A DNA stretch of 64,000 nucleotides from NCBI RefSeq assembly GCF_009914755.1, contig NC_060928.1, one strand, 5' to 3'. The notes below the pieces were generated by a model that did not search any database, was not told the origin of the DNA, and saw only the letters and a program-made list of their open reading frames with translations. Below are positions 52,428-64,000 of this stretch, piece by piece. Positions within the stretch are counted from its first letter, which is position 1. Every line of letters starts with the position of its first letter. This DNA is from the human T2T-CHM13v2.0 reference genome, Homo sapiens. Made by a program: the position numbers and the translations under genes.

Positions 52428-52660
52428 GACATCCTGGCCAGCACGGTGAAACCCCGTCTCTACTAAAAATACAAAAAAAAATCAGCTGGGCATAGTGGTG
52501 GGCGCCTGTAGTCCCAGATACTCGGGAGGCTTAGGCAGGAGAATGGCGTGAACCCGGGAGGCAGAGCTTGCCGTGAGCCGAGATCACGCCACTGCACTCC
52601 AGCCTGGGCAACTAAGCGAGACTCCATCTCAAAAAAAAAAAAAAAAAAAAGAAAGAAAAA
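52428..52660 (+). mobile_element. 5'-truncated AluY
   Basis: GAATGGCGTGAACCCGGGAGGCAGAGCTTGC diagnostic sequence; A-rich tail. Confidence 0.93.
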
Positions 52661-54308
52661 GAAAACACACAGATATCTAATGAGATAAATCTATAAAGAC
52701 AATAGGAAAAAGCTGAGGATGATAATAATGGTTGCTGTTGATTCAGGATCCAATATATTCAAAGAGCTTTCTATATATCACCTCATTTAATCCTCTCAAT
52801 AATTTTTGACCCCATTAGGGGGTCAAATTCTTGACCGCATTAGAGGCCGAGAAGAAATCAAGTGCCCAAATAGAGAAAGAATAAAAGGAGAAACCAAAGA
52901 GAAATAAGAGAAATGTGTGGTATAAGAAGGCGAATGCCTAGAACATGTGCCACTTCTCTCTTTTTCAGGCCTGTGACAAGCATGTTAATCAATCACAGCA
53001 TCCTAGATGTAACTTGAATTTTCTTCTCCACACAACACTCCAAGCAACCATTACTAACTGGTAGAAGCAAGCACTCAATTTTAAATGTATTTGCTATGCT
53101 TAGTGTTGTAAGAAAATCGACAAAGTTCTAAAAGGGGAAGAGTTGGAAGATGCCAGCTGCTTCAGGGGGGCCATGCTGAATAGCACTGATTGTCCGGGAG
53201 CACCCTGGTTGTACCTGCAATGAGGGTGTTTTCTGTCGAGGGGTGGTGGTGGGATCCATGCTGTGAGAGGTTAAGAAGGTAATGGAAAGAGAAGTAGAGG
53301 CTGCGGGTGCCGGTCACCTGTTCCTTGAATTTGCAAGCAAAGTAGGTTCAAAAGTTGCTCTGATAGGTAGTAGGGTCCAGCAACAGAGAGGAACTGGGTA
53401 TTCATAACAGAGGCCATAAGGAGAGAGAAGCTGAGAAGCCTAGAGACCACAAATGTGAAAATGCTTCAAAGACTATGAAGTGCTTTACAAACATGCAGAG
53501 AAGAACATAGAATAGTAAAATATTTGACTCTCACCTTTTCCTCATTAAAAATAATAGGTGGATAAACAATTTTCTCCAAATATCGTACACATCAGGTACT
53601 TAGTCTCCAATGAACTGATAGGATCAATGGCATTAAGCAGCCAGGATGTGGGACGCATGTTCCAAAGGCCTGTTTCTTATTGTCTCAGTTGTCATTTTTA
53701 TATTTTAAGAACAGATCTTGCTGTGAGTAATTGGAAAGTGTGGGCTCTCTCGTAACCACAGTTCCATCACTGCCTCTCAACTTGACCATGAAGTCCATAC
53801 AGACCCCACTCCACCTTGGCTCCTACAGAGCTCAGCTTCGATGTACTCCTCAAATTGCTGCAACCACCTCCTCCCTGTCCTGCTGGTAAATAACACCCAC
53901 CCACCCACCCACCCGAGGCATTTTTTCACGAACACTATCACTACAAAATATTTCTACTAAATGTTCACAAAACGAACAAAATCCATCCGCTATTACTTTC
54001 AGAAAATCGTGCCACAAAACAGGCCTCCCACATCACACTCAACGGTTGTGCTACACCTTGTAGTTAAGGTGAGTCTCGGCATGATTCAGCCTGATTCAGC
54101 CACGGACAGGAGGGGAGAAATTGTTTTAAGTTACAACCAACGTGGATGACGTTTTCCTTGAGACATAGCTTCCAGGAGTTACCACGACATTTTTCCTATC
54201 CATGCTCTGTGTTGAATAACAAAAGCTACAATTTATTGTGCAGCTAATTTGTGCCAAGTACTTACAAAAGTTATTTCGAATCCTTCTAAGTTTAGCAGGG
54301 GAGAATCC

Positions 54309-54670
54309 TGTGGTGGACATAGAGAGATGTCACTCAGGATTTGTTCACCAGCAGGGGGTTGCGGCCAGCAAATGACCTCAAGCTGTCAGCTCCTTTTGGG
54401 TCTTCCTCAGCTGCAGAGGACTGCCTGTCTTTCTCAGGGCAGCCTGCATCCTTGTAAATGCCCAGCCATTTTAGCCCAAAGTGGAACATTCCATCAGACA
54501 GTTCTCATGCTCCAAAGCTCTGGGGTCAAGGCTTTGTTTGGTCTTCATCAAAGTTTAGCTTCTTCCTCTGCCCAGTCTGTGTCTTCCTCCTTTTTTTTCA
54601 AAAGTGCTGATCCCTAGTAAACATCTTGGACTGCAAACTCAGTGTTTGCTTTGAATTCTGTTTCCCAGTC
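54309..54670 (+). mobile_element. Old ERVL LTR (LTR16-like)
   Basis: GCTGTCAGCTCC..CCTCAGCTGCAGAG; TGCTGATCCCTAGTAAACATCTTG..GCAAACTC. Confidence 0.65.
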
Positions 54671-56284
54671 TATAAAAAGGAGATAGCACCTCCTATGGTT
54701 ATTATAAAGACAAAACAAGATCATGCATGGTAGAGTGCTTTTCACCATGTCTGGCATATAGAACATGCTCAGTAAATGCTTGGCCATGTCCAAAGTCACA
54801 CAGCTAGAAATTGTTGGATCCAGGGCTCCAACCCCTCTGCCTAACCCCTTGGCCCCAAAGTTGGTTTGGAACTCTCTCATGATACTTCTCTGATGCTGCT
54901 TTGTTTCATGGTTATTTGCCTGTTATTATATCCCTGCCATCTAGCTGCTAAGTTCTTGGAACAGAGATTACGCTGTATCCACCTGCAACCCCAAGGCCTT
55001 GCAGGAGCCTTACACATGGGGTGAAGCTCCATTGTTGTTTAATGACTGAATGGCTGTATGCCTGACTAAATTGCCAACTCTTTTAAACTTCCTGTGGGGC
55101 CTGGAAAAAAAAATTGGATCATTTAAGATGCCCAGATTTTACTTGGTGTTTCTGGGTTTCCCTGTCTTCTCTATACCTATTTTACGGGAATCTCTAAGCT
55201 AATAAACCTAAACACCAACCTGAACAGGGCAAGGAAGTGACTGTGTTGGACCAGGTTGCAGGGTTTTGAGTGAGAGGCTAGTGCTGGAATCGCATTAGGG
55301 AGCTGCCCTGTGCACAGCCCAGACCCCTCTAGGGCTGTTGGCCGGGCAGGGGACACTGAGATGGCCCTGCCGCTGCTCTCAGCATGGGCCCCTGCTGTGG
55401 GGTGAGGGGTAGGCAGAGAACCTCCCTACCCTAGCAACTTCTGTCTATCAAAAGAGGCTTCCTGATGGGTTTTCTCACTCACTTTCATGAGCCGAGTACT
55501 TGGATGTAAGACTAAAATGATTTGTCCAAATTCTGAAAACTTGGATTGTAATAGTTTCTACAGAACACTTTGGCAGAATAATCTGAAAAAGTCTTTCTTA
55601 GTAGAAAGTCACACCAGCATATCATGAAACAAGTCCGCTTGGGTGAGCCAATCTCCTTTCTGATCTTCCCAGGATTCTTCCTTGCCACAAGAAGAGCTGG
55701 GAATTCACTGTAAGGCGGGCCTAGTCCAACGTTAGACTATATAAAATTGTTTTTCTTTTGTCTACCTCCTCCACTCCTTTTCACTATGAGGGAGATTTTA
55801 AACAGAATTCTTTGATGTTTAATTACCTTCCAGCAGAATTAAATCTTTAAAGAGGAACCCAGAGAGGGCAATGCTTAACCTAAAGGTTTTAATGGTGGAA
55901 TTTGAGGCCATATGACACCGTCCCATCCCAGCAACTGCCTCCACTCTGTGTTAAAGGCAGGTCTTGCTCACAATGTCTCTGCCATGCTATCTGCCAAGGG
56001 CTGTGGCAGTGTGGGATACCATATGTTTAGTAAAGGTATTATTATAATCTAGGTTGTATTGGGCCAAAACATCACATGATTGGATGATATAGTTAGAGGA
56101 AACAGAGCAGGAGAAATTAAGGCACACACTATGAAGAAACGGGAAAAAATATTTTTTTCAGATGAGAATTGAAGTAAGATGGAACTAATGAGGCAGAAAG
56201 CAGTTTGGATTGGCTACTTAGAATGCCTCCTCAGGGAGGTGGGAGGTAAGACAGAGATGCTGGATGGATCTGGCCCCAGTGTTT

Positions 56285-58250
56285 CTTTTTATTTTTTTAA
56301 AAACATTTCTCCCACCCCCCCAATTATAAGTAGTACATGCCTATTGTAGAAATTTTGTAAAATAGATAATTATCGAGATGAAAGTTAAAAGCCATATATG
56401 AAGATTCTACTGCCTAGAGTCAGCCATTCTTGACAGTTTGGAATGTTCCCGAGTGGCCTTTAGAAATTATACACACATGTATTAATTTTTTCCCAGAAAT
56501 GTTTTGGTTTAATAGACTGTCCTTGTTAGTATGTCAATAATAGTAAATTTCATATCTACTGTCTTTTGATTTCCAGGCCTGCTCTAACAATGTGACGTGA
56601 TGTGTCCTTCTAGACAAGGCCAATATTAATGATGACATGTGAGTTTGCATTTGTATGGTGGCTGTATTTAGCATAGTTGCTGAAATCTTTCGTAATTCTA
56701 ATAGTCCATATGGAAATTTTCAAGGATTTTCCACATCAAGAAATCATAATACCTGTGAATAATGACAATGCTGTCTCTTCCTTTTTAGTCCATTTACCTC
56801 TGAATTTTTTTTCTTGATTTACTCTGTTGGGTAAGATCTCCTGTAGAACAATGTTGACTAGAACTTGGGACAAAGGACAGAGTATCCTGTAGAGCTTCTA
56901 ATGTTTTAAAAGTGTAAAATTAAAGACTTGCTCATAATAAAAACTGTTCACCAACTATAAAAGAAAAATATTTTTCAAAACTTGATGACAAGCATCTACC
57001 AAAAATCTAACAAGAATATTCTACTTTTAACACATATTGCCCATGTCTAGGAGGATAAATGCATATTAATAATTGAATATGCATGTGAATGCATATTAGT
57101 TAGGAAGCCTAGAACTCGAAAGGTAATGAATATGATATTAATATTATGCACATATTAAAATGGACATCTTTCTAAATCAAAGCCTTTCTGGAAAAAATAT
57201 AACATGTTTGTGTAATTTCTTTAAGGCCAGTAGGGAACAATTCTAACATGTTAAAAATGGTTGACTCAAGATACTGGAATTTATATTTATAAAAGACAAA
57301 CAAGTTTTAAGACAAAAATAATTTATAGGGAAAAAGATAAAGCACGAAATAATGATAAAAGGAAAAATTCACTAGAAAGATAATGCATATTTTTAAAAAA
57401 CAATTTTATAATCTCTTTTAGTGGGTAAATTTAATATAATTATATTTATTTTGAATATTTATATTTTTAGAAGTACATATTCAATTTTTATTCTTTTAGC
57501 GGTTACCTTTGAATTTTTAGCCTACATACTTAATTTAAGAAATCTAACATTAAATCAACACATCTACCCTCCGTGGAACAATACCAGAGCCTTAGAATGT
57601 TTTAATTCTGGTGACTCTCACTTACGATCCACGTCGTTATCTAAAATTTTGGTTCTGTTTTGTTTTTAAATGCCCTAAAATTAGTCATTATATTATGTAT
57701 AGAGTTTTTGTTTTGTTTTTCTTTCATTTCTACAGTTGATACTTATTTGGACTTCCCTTTGCATTTACCAATTTATTTGCTCCACAACGTTTTATGTGTT
57801 CCTCTTCTATTTTCTAGGTTCAATTTATTTCTAAATAAATACCTCTCTTCAGTAGTTCTTTCGGCGATGACCTATGAGTGATAAACTCTCTTTGCTTTGT
57901 TTTGCCCTCACTCTTGAGTGATGGTTTCTCTAGGTATACAATTCCTTGTTGACAATTATATTCCTGAATACCTTGAGGATAACATTCCACTGTATCTGGG
58001 CTCTATTTTTTCTGATGAAACATCAGTCCATTTATTGTTTTTTTTTGTTTGTTTGTTTTTAGATATCTGTCTTCCCTATCTTCTAAATTCTTAAAATTTC
58101 TGTATCATTTTTCATCTCTTTATTTTTCAATGCTGTAATTAATGGCAATGTCTTTAATTTTATAAACATGCATAATTTACTCAATTGTCTTCTTAACTGA
58201 ACATTTATATTTGCTTGCTTTTTAAAATTAACTATTCATGCTGGGATTGG
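56285..58250. mobile_element. Cluster of very old L1M fragments in mixed orientation
   Basis: AT-rich; AATAATGACAAT..TTCCTTT, ACAATGTTGACTAGAA, ATTCCACTGTATCTGG motifs. Confidence 0.55.
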
Positions 58251-58659
58251 CATTGAGTATACATATACTTTTCCATACATTGCATATTAAGTTACATGCA
58301 ATACAGAGTAATTAATTGAGTTAGGAGGAAGGGAAATTATTAATAGGAAAACAATAAAACAAAGTACAGGGTAAGCACAGAAAAATTAATTCTACTTTTT
58401 CCTTGAGGTAAGCTATGAAGCTAAGGTGCCTCAGGGGAGATGGAAACATGGTTTAAATATGTTTTACATTGTCCATAAAATAAAATTGAATGAATTACTC
58501 AGGAGAAGTGAACTTTTTTCCTAACACTATTATAGATGAAGAAGACACCCATGGCATGATACTGACATGCAATTCAGTCATGGTGATTCTAAGAGGAGTT
58601 GAAACAATGTGTTTCATATATACAACTTTCTGAGAGTCTGACTTCTTCTATGAGTAATG

Positions 58660-59135
58660 TTCTAAATATTTCCTACAGGGTCTTAATCTGCAGACTGTGA
58701 AACTTCTGGAATTGTCTGCCAAGTTTGTATGTTGCCTTTTGGGGTACAGAGATTTGAGGCTGTTGCTGTTAGTCCTGTCGATTTTGTATAGGGATCCACT
58801 CCAGCCTGAGACCTGAGTTGGCTCAACTATCATATGGTGAAGCTTGTTTATGCTCTGTCTCTTTCTAGATCTGCACAGGAAGCACAAAGCTCTGGTTACC
58901 ACTGGAAGCCGTCTTGCCCCCATAAACCAGCCTTAGGATGCCACTGATGCTGTATGGCAGAATGGAGTAACAGAGAGAAGTAAGTTGTTGATGACACCAT
59001 TCACTGCTGATTGTACCATGTCTGGAATCTGCTCTACATCTAGATTTCAGTTATTTCCAGATATTTTAATCGAATGTAAGCCAATGTGAATCATGTTTTT
59101 ATGACTTGCATCAGTAAGCATTGTAACTGATACAG
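58660..59135 (+). mobile_element. Old MaLR LTR (MLT1J/K-like)
   Basis: CTGGAAGCCGTCTTGCCCCAT..TAAGCCAATGTGAATCATGTTTTTATGACTTGCA. Confidence 0.5.
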
Positions 59136-59206
59136 AGATGCATAACTTGCCATTGAAGAATCTATGACTAAACGGATGTAGGAATCAGCTATAAAAATGG
59201 ATGACA

Positions 59207-59397
59207 GACTGGGTGTGGTGGGTCATGCCTGTAATCTTAATGCTTTTGGAGGCTGAGGTGGGAGGATCACTTGAGCCCCGGAGTTCCAGATTATAGTGAA
59301 TTACGATTGTGCCACTGTACTCCAGCCTGGACCACAGAGCAAGACTCTGTCTCAAAAAACAAAAAGAAAAGAAAGAAATAAAAAGGAAAAAAGAAAG
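59207..59397 (+). mobile_element. Alu monomer (FLAM-like)
   Basis: Single arm, A/G-rich tail, TSD AAATGGATGACAG at 59195-59207 and 59398-59410. Confidence 0.92.
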
Positions 59398-59424
59398 AAA
59401 TGGATGACAGGTCATAAGAGTTGT

Positions 59425-59670
59425 CACATACATAATGTTTTCTAAGCACTAGGCAGTGGTCTTCATATTCTATGTACATCAATTTATCATCATAAGAACT
59501 CAGTAAGATTGGTATTATCATCCCCGTCATTATCTCAGTATCATTTCCATTTACAGAAGTAGAAAGTGAGTCATGAAGGTTAAGTAACTTGGCTAAGTTC
59601 ACTCAGCTGCTGAGCTCAAGCAGCCTGGCCCCAGAGCCTGGGTGCTTAACCACTATACTATACTGCCTCT
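59425..59670 (-). mobile_element. MIR SINE
   Basis: CCATTTACAGAAGTAGAAAGTGAG..AGGTTAAGTAACTTGGCTAAG..GCTTAACCACTATACTATACTGCC. Confidence 0.8.
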
Positions 59671-60174
59671 CGGTGAAGTGCACGTACCTCCTACAGAGGT
59701 CACATGTCTTCCAACCTGGGGTTTTGGGTAAACATTGGACAACATAGAGGTCACGATTTTAATCCTTGGTAAGAACTTGGAGGACAGCTATTCTGAGTTG
59801 CCAAGGAGTTGGCAGATATACAACTTCAATAGTCAGTGGGGAAGGGAGGACAGCATACGGGTTAAGAGCAGGAATTGGTACTCATCCTGAGTTGAATCTA
59901 GCTTTGCTGCTTACCAGCATTGTGATCTAATCTGTGGGAGTTTTATTTTCTGCAGCTATAAGGTGGGGGATAGTAATCTCCAGCTTGCAAGGTTTTATAA
60001 GGTTTAAATAAAATGATTTCTACAGAGGATGGACTTCCTGCTGAGAGACCACAACTTAGAATGGATTGTCTCTAGCCTCGGTATGAGTGTGGGGAGGCCT
60101 GGTGGTGAGTCTCTGTATAGCTGGGTAGCAAGGCACAGTGCCTGATTTGGAAAGTAGAATTAAAAGCAGATGCT

Positions 60175-60738
<564 letters not shown>

Positions 60739-62995
60739 GCAAGAGCTCATGATAGTTACTGGTTAAGTGACAGTTGGGATGATGATCACTGGTTATGAAC
60801 ACCATGAACAGAAACTCTGGTATGAAATTTAAAACCCATAAAAATAATAAGATTATATTTTAGAGCACTTTTTATACATAATATCTATTTGATCATAATC
60901 ATTAGTGTCCATAATAAAAAAAAGTCAAAAAAATCATGAGGTAGAGAGGATAGCAAAAGGTCATTTTCCATTGCCTTGCTGTTTGGAAACAGTATATTTC
61001 AACCCCCGCCAAGGGCTTGCTCTGTGGTGAAAGGGCTATGACCCACACGTATTACCAGGAGGCACGAAGCCCATAACGTATGTCCCTCCAGCCCTACAGA
61101 TGGAGGTGAGGCTTTCCTCGGAGGCCCCATTCAGTTCCCATAGTCCTTACTGAGCATGCTGTTAAGCCTCAGCCTTAAAAATAAGAAGTGTCTAATAAAA
61201 AAAAGTGCATGACCTCCTGTGACTAAAAGAAGGGAAAAAAAAATCTAACTCTAAACTTTTAAAAGAAAGTGCATTTTTATAATAACAATAAAATCCTCCC
61301 AATCAAGCCTTTAAGAGGCAGTCTGCATCCCCATCTTTGCCTGGGGCCCATAACTATCCTTAGCTAATCTTTCTCTGACAGATAAAGAGCTGCTATATCC
61401 GTTCTTATAGCTCCATTTTAAACTTTATTCAGAGAAGTGGGGAGAAGAAGCCCTGGATGAGAATAAAGAATGAGTGTTTGAGAGTGGGCAAGGGGAAGAG
61501 CAAGATGGGATTACTTATTTGCAGAATAGATGCTTGTAGAAAAAGCAAATCTAAGATCTAAAGCCCTGTGGTTTGTTCAGCGACACTTTAGACAAATCTT
61601 TGAGACTGCAGGATCACGTCTAGGTCAGTTGTCTCCAGAATTCCCTATTCACTCCAGTCCAGCCTTGCTGGAGGTGTACCATCAGGGAGGGTTATTCCGA
61701 CAGATAGAATGGGTGCCCAGATGGCCACCTTCTGAATGAGGAGAGAACAAGAGGAGGTTTTCACAGGCTGTGGCAAGTGCAAAGGTGAGAAACAAGCAGA
61801 AAGCATTTGTGAGAATTCTAAGTCCTCACCAGTGGTCCCCAAGAAAAGCTATGAAATCTGTGCAAGATATCTCTAAAAATAAAAAAGATATTTATCAGCT
61901 CAAGATGGCTTCCATTTAACTCTGTACTAGAAGTAGATCATTCTAAAGGACCATTGGAGTTCTACGGTGCTGTATCTTCATGAAATTGATATTCTTAGTC
62001 AATATGGACCTTGTTAGAAGGCTCCGGGAGGGTGTACCCCCAGCTCACATAGACACCTTTCTCTGTGACCTGCCCTTTTCTCATGGATAGGCAGAGGCAG
62101 CCATGTTTGTACTATTTGGTTTCATCCTCCTGGCTATAGCTGATTGGACCCTGACCCAGGAAAAGCTGGTTAAATTCTTACCCCCAGGGGGTTAAGCGTA
62201 TCTAGATTGGTATAGTTTGCTAGAAGTAAAATAAACTCAGAATCCTTGAAGATACCATCATTCATCATATCTATGGAAAAATAAAAAAAAAAGTGGTCTG
62301 TTCAGAGATAAAGAGCTAAGAGTATTTGTGGTTCCTGTAATCTTTCTACTCCTCAGTTCTAGTCCTTTTTAAAGATCTGGCTATACTTGGGTTCTAGGAG
62401 CTGTGTCAATCCTTCCAGTAAATTATTATGTCTTAAACTAGCCAGAATTGGTTTCTGTTACATGCAACTAAAAGAATCTTAAGTATTTTCAACTCAAATG
62501 TGGGGCATGAAGTCTGTGTCTATACAAAAGACTATTAGACTGACAATTGGGGTATGCATCATCTCTGAGTTTGCTATCTCCTGGGTAGTTTCTTATGTCA
62601 GAGATGTCCCAACCTCCTTCCATGGGGTCCACCTCCTGTTATCTTCAGATCCCATCTAGATATCTGGGGAAATCACCAAAGGATCCCAAACTAGGAGTTA
62701 CCTTAATTATTCTTTTCTCAACCTCTCTCCCAATCATCCAATCCCTCCTCAAATCTTTTTGGTTCTACTTCCAAAATAGATCCCAAGTTGATTCACTTCT
62801 CTTTATTTGCAGAGTGGCTACCCTAAGCCATCAGTGCCTTTAGTCTGGATTACTGCAATGGCTTCTGAGGTGGCCTCTGGCCTCCCTGTATCCAGTTTGT
62901 TCTCTCTCCTCTCCCAATACATTATCTACATGGCAGCTAGATTGATCTATTTGAAATGTAAATTAGATCATGTCACCTTCCTACCTGAAACATCC

Positions 62996-63486
62996 TGTAT
63001 TAGTTAGAATGCAGGCTGAGTTGATATAACAAAGAAACCCAAAATGCAACTGCTCAAGCAAAGGAAGGCAGATGGTTCAGGGCAGGCAGGTGGCCAAGTT
63101 ATGGACAGCCATGAAGGGACCCAGAGTCCTTCTATCTTGGTGCTCACCATATCATAAGGTGCTACCCTACACTCTCCAAAGTCAAAGCTGGCTCTCTAGC
63201 CAGATGCACACACCAACCGCTGAGATGAGGAAAAGAGAAAGTGGAGGGAGGGCACATGCTCAAACATTTTAAGAACTAGGTCCAGAAGCGGCATACATCA
63301 CTTCTGCACATGTCTTGTTGACAGGAGCTTAATCCTATGGCCACACATATATGCAAAAAAGACTGGAAAATGGACCTTCTAATCATGTGGGCATTTGCTG
63401 GCTAAAACTCAAACATTCTAGGACTGAAAAAAAGGAGAGACTGGATGGGTGGGGGCAGGGGGAGACAACTAGTAGTCTTTTCCACA
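62996..63486 (-). mobile_element. Old MaLR LTR (MLT1-type) inserted in L2
   Basis: TGTATTAGTTAGAATGCAGGCTG..CATCACTTCTGCACATGTC..ATGGCCACAC; L2 sequence on both sides. Confidence 0.65.
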
Positions 63487-63489
63487 CTC

Positions 63490-64000
63490 CCTAATGGCTG
63501 CCCATGCTTGCACAATGAAGTCTAAACATTTCATGATGGCCGCCAAGGGCATCTGGCCTCTCCCTATGTCCTCTTGCCACTCTTTCCTTTGCTCATGGGG
63601 TGGCACAAGGACCTCTCTTCTTTCTGCTCCTGGAAAATGCCAAGCCTGCTCTTGCCCTGGGGTATTTGCACTTGCTGTTCCTTCTGCCTAGAAAGCTCTG
63701 AAGTCATGTCACCACACGCCTAGCTCCTTCTCACCCGTTGGATCTCAGCTCAAATGCACCTTCCTTCGAGAAGCCTTCCCTGCTCTTTCTGTCTGCATTG
63801 CCCAGGCTCCCATGGCTTACCCTTCCCCGTCACTTTCCATCATTGTTCTTTGTTTTGTTGACTTTGTATCATTTTTAAATTCATCTGAATTTATCTTGAT
63901 AAATTCATCTTTGTTCGTATGGTCGCTTATTTGCTTATTTATCTGTTTCCCCCACCCCCGACCTTAGAATTTGAGCTTCCAGAGAGCAAGGACTTTGTCT
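63490..64000 (+). mobile_element. L2 LINE 3' fragment
   Basis: TTTGCACTTGCTGTTCCTTCTGCCTAGAA, TCTCAGCTCAAATGCACCT, TAGAATTTGAGCTTCCAGAGAGCAAGGAC. Confidence 0.82.

Overview
This is repeat-rich hominoid primate (human or great-ape) non-coding DNA with no convincing conserved protein-coding gene, CpG island, rRNA/tRNA or CRISPR array. Near the start are two + strand spliceable segments (2301-2453, 2828-3037). Their joined translation matches my recollection of the C-terminus of the putative C14orf183/LINC01599 ORF; this is from memory and unverified. The rest is a mosaic of Alus (many with clear TSDs), L1, L2, MIR, MaLR/ERVL/ERV1 LTRs and hAT DNA-transposon fossils. The most notable structure is a two-LTR class III provirus (LTR47/ERVL47-type, 32844-37991, - strand). 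It has decayed gag-pro-pol, an Arg-type rather than Leu-type primer binding site, a remnant of a gamma-type env (CWVC motif), discordant LTRs and a nested MSTA LTR. Other points of interest: a solo HERV-H LTR7, a 218-bp local duplication next to two L2 tails, two cases of re-insertion into an earlier TSD, and a 104-bp monomer array in an old L1 5' end. I found no intact novel gene system. Repeat subfamily names are by-eye assignments, and the boundaries of old repeats are approximate.
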